Part shown: one piece after another, positions 33,481-42,413 of the stretch | How the letters are laid out: the number at the start of each line of letters is the position of its first letter | Position numbering within the stretch: position 1 is the first letter of the stretch | NCBI GenBank assembly: GCA_002269645.1 | Contig: NIVC01003553.1 | Span: 1 to 42,413, forward strand | DNA length: 42,413 bases | Direction: 5' to 3' | Source: Macrostomum lignano | Lineage: Eukaryota | Notes under the pieces: model-generated | The model's database searches: none | What the model was told of the DNA's origin: nothing | Seen by the model: the letters and a program-made list of their open reading frames with translations, nothing else | Made by a program: the position numbers and the translations under genes

Positions 33481-34827
33481 CAGCCTTCCTTTTAAATTTT
33501 GCATATTCGACTGTACTTCTATGTTTCTTTACCTTGCTTTACAATTTCATGACTGGTCTTTATCTGATCGCTCGAATCTTAATGAGTTAAATTTTAATGT
33601 AGATAGCAGCATCTCATTTGAATAGCTCAAATTTAGCAACAGTCTATATACTATTGATATATCATGATCCAGCATCTTAATCAATGGTAACAAGTATTCC
33701 AAACCGTACAATGCCTAAGTATACATGAATCTTGCGATGGCCGATGAAAGCTGAAGGCCTTTTTAAAGCCTATTCTATAAATAAAATCATCGAAATCGAA
33801 AACTACAGATTAATCAATTTTATACGCACGCACGCACGCACAAACATATATATAATATAGTAAATAGAATTTCACGGATATCTCTACAATCTGTATTTTT
33901 GTGCCGAGCATGCGTTTGTCAAAAAATTCAGTTGTATTAATAACTAATTTCAACATAGATGATATTTGAAAAAAAAGTTAAAATGATTACATTTAGCGAC
34001 ATCGAAAAGCTAATAAGCAGTGTCGCAATACAAACAGCAGCTGTGCTGACGCGAGGCGCAAAACATTGAATAGAAAAGGAATATGAAATTTACATGTATA
34101 TCGGTACGGGGAGATTTTGTACACAAAGTGTGCAAGCCATGTAGCATAGCGCAGGTTGATAGGTTTTTTATTTCAAGTGAAAATCTTGCATTTATTGTAC
34201 TACGCAGATCAGTTTACCAAGCGGACAACACAGACATCGGCTTACGCCGGTTGTTCAAATAAAAATCTTAATTGCGCTCAGCTGTTTAACGAGATTACGA
34301 CGGATATTCTAATAAAATATGTTTATAATAGCCATTATCGTACTGCTTTAAAATATAAAAGCAATTGGACGATTTCTGCCAAGCTGGAATAATAATTTCT
34401 GAGAAAATACATTGCAACTTTATCCTGACTAGATGAATTAGAAACTTATTCAACTTAAAATTGCGAGTTAATTAAACAAAACACAAAGTATTACTACTAA
34501 GTAGCAATGAAAGCGAAGTATGCACAGTAATAAACGTATATAACGCTTCGTTGACACGCGGATAAGCCTATTTGAAAACAAACAACACTTGGTCAATAAA
34601 ATATGCAAACATTAATTAGTAAAGCAAAAATACTCGGCAATGTGGAATACAGAACACTTTCTAGGGGAGACAAGAGCAAAGCGGCAAAAGGGGCTGATGG
34701 AAAAATTGTCAATTGAAATTAATAATGATAATTGATCTCTCACGCTCAGACAAAGTTTAATTATGTCCCAATACTCAGAGTGTACGTAGCCATGCCCAAA
34801 AGTCACACATGATTCCCCCATGCCCCA

Positions 34828-35244
34828 ATGTACACACGCGATTCCTTAATGTACACACGCGATTCCTCAATGTACACACGCGATTCCTCAATGTACACAC
34901 GCGATTCCTCAATGTACACACGCGATTCCTCAATGTACACACGCGATTCCTCAATGTACACACGCGATTCCTCAATGTAAACACGCGATTCTTCAATGTA
35001 CACACGCGATTCCTCAATGTACACACGCGATTCCTCAATGCACACACGCGATTCCTCAATGTACACACGCGATTCCTCAATGCACACACGCGATTCCTCA
35101 ATGTACACACGCGATTCCTCAATGTAAACACGCGATTCCTCAATGTACACACGCGATTCCTCAATGTACACACGCGATTCCTCAATGTACACACGCGATT
35201 CCTCAATGTACACACGCGATTCCTCAATGTACACACGCGATTCC
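34828..35244. repeat. 21-bp minisatellite AATGTACACACGCGATTCCTC
   Basis: About 20 near-perfect copies, each with CGCG. Confidence 0.97.
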
Positions 35245-35964
35245 CCACGCCCCAGAGTACACACAGTACTCACCCACCCTAAAAGCCCTTCACCTTTAAA
35301 ACTTACTTTTTATATACAAATCACTCCACATGTTGCTTGTGAAGGGTGTCAAAGATGACAAATCTGGCTACATTGAATTATGCTTAGTCCAGATGCAATA
35401 AACAGATGGTATTTAAATCTGCACAATAAAACTCACAAGATACGTGCACAAAATGTGGCGGCAAGTGTGCAATGGCTGAGTGAAGCGATAAAAACTGTGA
35501 AGCTGCATAAGAATTGTTAGTACATATCAAAAACATTGCGCAAATTTGTGATGACAATTATTCGACATCAGGCCAGTGTGACTATCTTAAAACGAAGTCA
35601 ATTTTCAAACACAAAAAATCGTTGCAAACAAAACAGAAGCACGCCGGGAAGGGTCAGAACACGTGAAATAATTCAATACAGGCTCGTAAACACGAATTAT
35701 GCAGCTAAAACTGATAGGACGCTGTTTGTTGCAGTAAAATTTAAACTTGATTGAACAGACGGGACCGAGACCAACACGCTCAAGAACAGATTTCCCGTTG
35801 AAAAAAACTCCGTTGTGAAAAAATTCAAGTATAAAAACTTGCATGCCCGACGAGGAGGCTGTTCAGTGGAGACCGCGGTGACCAAAAGTCCCGGGTTCGA
35901 TTCAAGGGCTCAAGTGTCTGATCTGTATGTTTGTACCGACACAATACCAGGAAACACGAGTTCA

Positions 35965-36222
35965 TCAGGCTGGCGCCGAGTCCCTGTAGAGGCTGATGGC
36001 CGCGGACTCCCCGATGCCGCCGGTGCCACTGACGGCGCCCGCCACTCCGCCGCCGATGCCGCCAGTGGAGGCGGAGCGCAGCGCCCGCTGCTGCTGTTCG
36101 CGCTCGTCCTCCAACAGGTCGGCCTCCCATTCCCTGTCGGCGTCAGCTGGATCGAACTGGTACAGCGGCATTAGGCGGTGGCGCAGCTTGTCAAGGCGGA
36201 GCTTCCGCATGCACAGCACCAC
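35965..36222 (-). CDS. C3orf18/SMIM29-family single-pass membrane protein, exon 2 of 2
   Basis: Acceptor AATTCAG|. RKLRLDKLRHRLMPLYQFDPADADREWEADLLE resembles C3orf18 [33 protein letters not shown] (from memory). Confidence 0.88.
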   Translation of the reverse strand: MVLCMRKLRLDKLRHRLMPLYQFDPADADREWEADLLEDEREQQQRALRSASTGGIGGGVAGAVSGTGGIGESAAISLYRDSAPA

Positions 36223-36275
36223 CTGAATTGGTGGGGCATGGGTTGGCTGGCCTCCGTACTCAGATTTTTACTGCC

Positions 36276-36838
36276 TACCTGAGGATCTGGGAAATTTGCA
36301 GGGTCTACCTGAGGATCTGGGAGATTGAAGTGTCTACCTTAGGATCTGGGAAATTTGCAGTGTCTACCTGAGGATCTGGGAGATTTGAAGTGTCTACCTG
36401 AGGATCTGGGAGATTTGAAGTGTCTACCTTAGGATCTGGGAAATTTGCAGTGTCTACCTGAGGATTTGGGAGATTTGAAGTGTCTACCTGAGGATCTGGG
36501 AGATTTGAAGTGTCTACCTGAGGATCTGGGAGATTTGAAGTGTCTACCTGAGGATCTGGGAGATTTGCAGTGTCTACCTGAGGATCTGGGAGATTTGAAG
36601 TGTCTACCTGAGGATCTGGGAGATTTGAAGTGTCTACCTGAGGATCTGGGAGATTTGAAGTGTCTACCTGAGGATCTGGGAGATTTGAAGTGTCTACCTG
36701 AGGATCTGGGAGATTTGAAGTGTCTACCTGAGGATCTGGGAGATTTGAAGTGTCTACCTGAGGATCTGGGAGATTTGAAGTGTCTACCCGAGGATCTGGG
36801 AGATTTGAAGTGTCTACCCGAGGATCTGGGAGATTTGG
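36276..36838. repeat. Intronic 30-bp minisatellite TGTCTACCTGAGGATCTGGGAGATTTGAAG
   Basis: About 19 copies. Confidence 0.97.
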
Positions 36839-37678
36839 AGTCAGTGAGACAGTGACTACCTGGGATTTTTTGGTATAAATTTTTTTCATTGTATAAAATA
36901 TCGAATATATTTATAGAGAACTTTAAGTAACGACATTAGCTGTGTACTTAAATAGGAAAGCTCTCAGACTCCCGAGAATGGCCAAGGAAGCCTAACAAAG
37001 GGGCCCAGCAACGATATGGCTTCATTCTATCGTGGCCAGATCACAGAATTTCAATTCCCTTGTCTGGGGTAGAGTTGAAGCCCTATTCTGGCAGGTGGTC
37101 AACAGCGCCAAAGTCATTCACAATACAATATAATCAAATTAGTTTTACTTTTAATTACAGTTTAAAAGACAGCTTGAAGCTATAAAAAATCAACCAATCT
37201 CTCCCATATTAAGGATTCTGAATTAAAATTCCTCTTGATTTCGAAATTAGCTTTGGATGTTTAGATATTGACTTGGCATCACTTAGCTCTATTCAGGCCC
37301 CGTAGCAATACTATAAATGCCTTTAACCCTAAACCCTTAACATACATGCGCAACACCCGGCCGAGCCGGCTGGCAAGGGGCCCAGCCAAGGTAAGTCGCA
37401 AAAATGCCCACTTGAAAATCTGCACGGGGTACTAGTTAGATGACGAGGCATTCAGCCTTAATAAGACAGTAATAGTTACTCCTGCCGTTTACTCAAAATT
37501 ACGTTAATTTTGCTTGGGTTTCTTTCAGAGATAAGCCGCATTTTTTGGTCAGTGTAAATCAGGGAGGTGGCGCATGTATGCCCCTTTAACCCTATCTCTA
37601 ACCCCCTAACGCCTAACTTTTAGGCAAGCTGCAAATACAAGCACAACAGGGGCCTTGTTACAAGGCGCAGAGCCTCAC

Positions 37679-37894
37679 CACAAAGCCAACAAACAGCAGG
37701 AACAGCAGGACCAGAAGTGGTATAATGACAAACAGCACAAAGTGCGACAGTCCAGCAGGATGCTCTGCACCAGCCTCTGGCTTCAACGTTTGAACAGCAG
37801 GTGTGGTGACAGTGTATGGGATGTGCTGAATAGTCAGGTCGTCACTTTTATTGACATTTAAGCTGACAATGCTGACCATGATGTTTGTTACCAT
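37679..37894 (-). CDS. C3orf18/SMIM29-family protein, exon 1 (short ectodomain plus TM helix); about 157 aa in total
   Basis: Hydrophobic FVLFVIIPLLVLLFLLFVGFV and donor GTG|GTGAGG (phase 0) joining exon 2 in frame. Start may be ATG 37894 or 37879. Confidence 0.8.
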
Positions 37895-39479
37895 CAAGCA
37901 AAATAGTTACTTTTTAATATATACTTCAGTAAGTAAGCAATTGCTAGCCAGGCTCTTGAAAGAAACAAGATATGACTAAACATAAACAAATTAATATCAA
38001 TTCATACTATTTCAGTTAAAAGAGTTAGTTCTTTCATATTTTGTTTCTATAATAATATTTTGGCTATTCACAAAGGTTAATATTTTGAGTCATAAAACAT
38101 GCCTGGCTAATGGCTCTATTTGCATAGCCATCCATAGCAGAATATTTCAAAGTATAAAATTTAAGTTAAAGAAGTTGACTATCTTAAGGGAAAACCAAGC
38201 TCCCTCTCTAGTTGTGCCCTTATTTTAGTTCTAGTCTAATTTGTAACAAAAGTTCAATGATTTATAATATATATACCAATTTTGGATAAATTAGATAGAA
38301 AAATATAAACTTTATTTAAGTTTTTTTAGTTTTTTGCTATAATTATTTTTTTTAGATTTCTGTTTAATATTTAGGTATATTAATTTAGGCATGATAAGCA
38401 AAGCTTTATAACAAATATAGTATCTTATCTATAGACTAGAAAAATCTTAATAAAGGAAAGAAAGAATCAACATATAGCAACTAACCAATTTAATATTATA
38501 TTATTCTATTGCCTATGTATTTTGTCTAATTATAGACATTGTCAAGGCTAGATAAATTTATTAAACAAAAAATAAAATTGTTCATATATTGAATTAAGAC
38601 ATTATCGATAGTGTTGAAAGTAAAAGTCAAGTATATGTGCAGGGCCCCTCCCAATTCCTTTATAAAATTGATAATTGTATAACTCATTTCGAATGCATGC
38701 CAAATCTAGGAAAACACATTTGTTATAAAACATGTATTTTTCATAATATTTTATGTGAACTAATTTTTGTTAAAACTAGCAGTAAATTTTAGTATAAATA
38801 GAAGCGTTTTGGCAGAGGAGAGATCAACCTCATGCATTGCAAAGCCAGTATCGAATAGTAAGAGTTCCGAGTAAATGTTATTGAAGATTGTTTTCTGAGT
38901 TGATTTATTTTATAAAGTGAAGTGAAGTAGATAGAAATGTATGCAGTATATACTACTGAGAAGTGGAATCAATAAGAGAATACAAAGTAGATCCTAAATA
39001 AATACATGCAAGAATAACTGGAGGCTGACCCTCTGATCTTGGTAATACTTAGGACTGGAAATACATAAAGTACATATACCAGTAGACCAATATACTGCTC
39101 AGGCCAAATTATTAATAGAATGCTACCAGAACAATAGTAAACAATACCAGAATAACAGGAGAACAATACTTGTAAGGGCTAAATATAATAGTATTCTAAG
39201 AACAATATACTCAGACAAATTTTCAAATATATACTCAGACAAATACTCAGATATGTACTCAGACTTATTCTAAGAATCATTTTTTTCAAACTTATTCTAA
39301 GATTAATAAAACTCATAATTTATTAATAGAATAGTCTTAGTGGCAGCTATCAACATTTATAAAGACAGAAGTTAAGCCCTGTTATAACTTTGGTGACCTC
39401 AGTAGGATTTTTAATAGAGAGAAGCTTTAGCCCATTACATATATAGATATTTCTAAGTATAAAATTGTGGGTAGATATA

Positions 39480-40470
39480 TGAGGGGTGTCCCAAAAGTTG
39501 GTGCACTTTCTTCACTATAGCCTTTTCTGACCGATCAGAAATATTAAGTCTGTTGCAGTTGAAAAGAGAATTATCTGCCCATTAAAATGACTTTCTGTTT
39601 ATTTCTGTATCTGCTGGCATTCTTAAAATATGAGCACTTTTCTGCCTCATCCCCTGTGCTACTTTACAAATTGCCATAGACTAAAGCTTTGTACCTGATG
39701 CATGAAACAATGAAACATTCAACGAATCAACAAAACATCCACAACATGAAAGCTGAGGAAAGAACAGTCAAAAGTTAATCATCAACATTGTCCTGAGGCT
39801 TCTCCACATAGTCATTACTGCGCTGCACACTTCTGCCATTGGCTGTGCATGTTGTCAATGTCATCAATCAGCAAAATCTGAGCACTGCATCTCATGAAAG
39901 AGAACTTGGCAAGTCAATGCTTCCAGGCTCCTACAACAAGCAAAGATTTGTCCATGCAGTAGCTTCTTCCTCTTTGAAAAAAGGCAAAGTCAGCTGTTGA
40001 CAAATCAGGAGAGTAGGGTAGCAGTGAGAGCAGCACAAAATTTTCCTGCTTGATTGTCTTCTCCATTTTCTTGGCCATGTGGGACATGCCTTGTTGACAT
40101 GCATAGCCAATGGCAGAAGTGTGCAGCGCAGTGGTGACTATGTGAAGAAGCCTTAGGACAATGTTGATAATTAACTTTTGACTGTTCTTTCTTTAGCTTT
40201 CATGTTGCTGATATTTTGTTGATTTGTTGAATGTTTTGTTGTTTCATGCATCAGGTACAAAGCTTTGGTCTATGGCAATTTGTAAAAGTAGCACAGGGGG
40301 TAGGGCAGAAAAGTGCTCATATCTCAAGAATGCCAGCGGATATAGAAATAATCAGAAAGTCATTTTAATGGGCAGATAATTCTTTTTTCAATTGCAACAG
40401 ACTTAATATTTCTGATTGGTCAGAAAAGGCTATAATGAAGAAAGTGCACTGACTTTTGGGAAACCCCTTG
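39480..40470. mobile_element. Palindromic non-autonomous mariner (Tc1/mariner superfamily) element, about 375-bp inverted arms, TA target-site duplication
   Basis: TA|TGAGGGGTGTCCCAAAAG ... CTTTTGGGAAACCCCTTG|TA. Arms align over 39480-39853 and 40097-40470. Decayed WQKC..GDYVEK and FFLF motifs of the mariner transposase C-terminus are present. Confidence 0.9.
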
Positions 40471-41380
40471 TATACAACTTTTATGTAATAAACTTTATAA
40501 TTAGCTATATTGTTGGCATTAATTTTTATTGTTTACAGTGTCCTAAATCAATATATGAACAATTTGTTTTTTTTAAATAAATTTAACTAGCCTTGATCAC
40601 AGATACTAGAATAACTAGATAGGCCATTCAGCACATTTGCATGCAGGCTACTTTCAGCTTAGTAGTAAGTTAAATAGAAGCATTTTTATTTATTTTTAAA
40701 GCCAAGGCTTATTATTTATTGGCTCTTATCCCCAGCTTAAACCTTCCAACTGCACCCCTCCACACTACTCTCTACCTTTCCATCCAATTTCATTGCCTTT
40801 CTTGGAATTCTATTCTAAAGCTGCCATGTAAAATATATAAGCAACACTTTATTGAAGCCTAAGCCTAGTATAAGTATACACTCAGCTCTATATATATTGC
40901 CTATATACTCTACATATATAATCGATATATACTGTAGAGCCTAAAGCCACTAACTAAAAGATGTAATCTAAAACACAGGCCTGTTTTCCCTGTTTTCACC
41001 ACATTATCCATGAAGATGACAGTAAAGATCTCGATCTGCCTAATCTTTTACTTATTTCCTCTCTTCTCATTAAAAACCGAAAATATAGTAAAAATTATTA
41101 AATAAAATTACAAAGTTGAGACAGCATCAATAATTATTTATACAGTTCAAAACGATTAATCTAATGTCAATGAATCACAATAAATATAAGTAGAAGAAGT
41201 ATATAAATATAATAAATGATGTATACAACAAAATTAAAACGTAAGTGTGTAATTAAAGTTGGAATTTAAAAAATCAAAAGCATATTTTATGTAAAAGTTT
41301 CTTAAGGGTAATTTTAGCCATAGTTTGTTAACGTCAAACTTGAAGATACAAAAGTAGATATATTTAGTTATAACTATATT

Positions 41381-41394
41381 GCTGCTATAACAAC
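41381..41394. promoter_or_regulatory. X-box (RFX)-like motif upstream of CCDC151
   Basis: GCTGCTATAACAAC matches GTTGCYATRGCAAC at 12 of 14 positions, about 820 bp upstream of the ATG. Confidence 0.3.
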
Positions 41395-42185
41395 GCTAAA
41401 AATTTAGATTGTACAATTTACAAAGATTAGAACTTCTATTAACTTCGTAATTTCTGCAAGCTGTAGTAGCAAATGTTTGATTTCTTTGGCCAAGCAATTA
41501 AACGCAAGAAGACGCTTCCTATAAAACTTTTCGATTGCGAAACTTCTAGACACAACCCCTACTACTCGTACATATGAGCGTAGACTCAAAAAATGAACTT
41601 TGTACCTTTTACTGTATCGCAGTGTTTGAACATTGTCGAAAATCCAACCGAAAACTATTGATTTAATGTTTGGATCTTTTAGTTTGCTTGATTAGAATTT
41701 GATAGAATTATTAAATTTGGTAAATTAATAATTTTTAATTATAATGGCTTAAATCCAACGCAATTAATGGGATTAGAGAAGGAAAGTATTTGTTTGCTTC
41801 ACCAGACACTTACCTAGTGATATATTTTATGATGTTCTATGGTTATATGGCCTATTAGAAATTATACACTTTTAGTTGATCAAACAATAAATAGCATGGT
41901 CTCTTAAAATAAGTATACTCGCTTATGCAAGAACATACTATTTTAGGACATGCAGCAGAATTTATACTTGTGCATATAGTTATATTAAATATGTTAAGCA
42001 GTCTCCATTTTAAATGCCAGCTACTCGTATGTGCTTTTCGTCTGGTAAATTTTATGAAGAGAAAGAAATTTTTTAATTAACAAAACTTTCAGTTTTAAAG
42101 TATCAATTTTCCGATACGCTAGATAAGCAGATGACTAAAATTTATTTGAATTCTTCTATAAAAATGTCTGTTAATTCGCTTTTAA

Positions 42186-42413
<228 letters not shown>

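Noticed and set aside
35855-35905. B-box-like GGTTCGATTC (also at about 27585 on the minus strand)
   Set aside because: Short motif with a weak or absent A-box and no structure; could be chance or a very old SINE trace.
1-36838. Regularly spaced repeats as CRISPR arrays
   Set aside because: Head-to-tail monomers without unique spacers, eukaryotic context, and no cas genes.
34775-36889. NVHTRFL, EESRVYI, PDPQVDTSNL and CLPEDLGDLK repeat ORFs
   Set aside because: 21- and 30-bp arrays; the second lies within the C3orf18-like intron.
37294-37436. Possible Helitron 3' end (CCCCGTAGCA…TGCACGGGGTACTAG^T)
   Set aside because: The inverted arms are about 115 bp apart rather than a tight subterminal hairpin, and no matching 5' end was found.
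41404-41589. 61-aa minus-strand ORF (…FYRKRLLAFNCLAKEIKHLL…)
   Set aside because: Short, in AT-rich DNA, with no splice context or recognisable motif.

Overview
Eukaryotic (metazoan) genomic DNA with spliceosomal introns, GC-rich poly-Q/poly-A exons and about 18 kb (about 43%) of short-unit tandem arrays. The style suggests a ciliated invertebrate such as the flatworm Macrostomum; this is inference, not demonstrated. Genes reconstructed by hand from GT-AG sites and phase matching: (1) a 2-exon six-finger C2H2 zinc-finger gene (+, 11448-14387, 494 aa); (2) a minus-strand HCFC1R1/CCDC117-family gene (about 21602-20740) with an in-frame TAA 68 codons before a family-like 'MMDL*' end; (3) an 8-exon MPHOSPH9-like gene (-, 31594-22820, about 752 aa, one apparent 1-nt frameshift); (4) a 2-exon C3orf18/SMIM29-family membrane protein gene (-, 37894-35965); (5) the 5' end of CCDC151/ODAD3 (+, from 42216, one apparent frameshift); and (6) probable 3' exons of an unidentified minus-strand gene near 15.4-15.8 kb. 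Family assignments rest on remembered motif similarity, not a database search. Mobile remnants include a 991-bp palindromic mariner-derived element, a TIR element with a nested hairpin, and two tRNA-like heads in front of related 23-bp satellites. The most striking pattern is in the MPHOSPH9-like gene: all five long introns carry their own minisatellite. In four of them only about 50-110 bp is non-repeat, close to the size of the two array-free introns, and several units contain branch-point motifs on the sense strand. The long repetitive ORFs in the ORF track are array artefacts.
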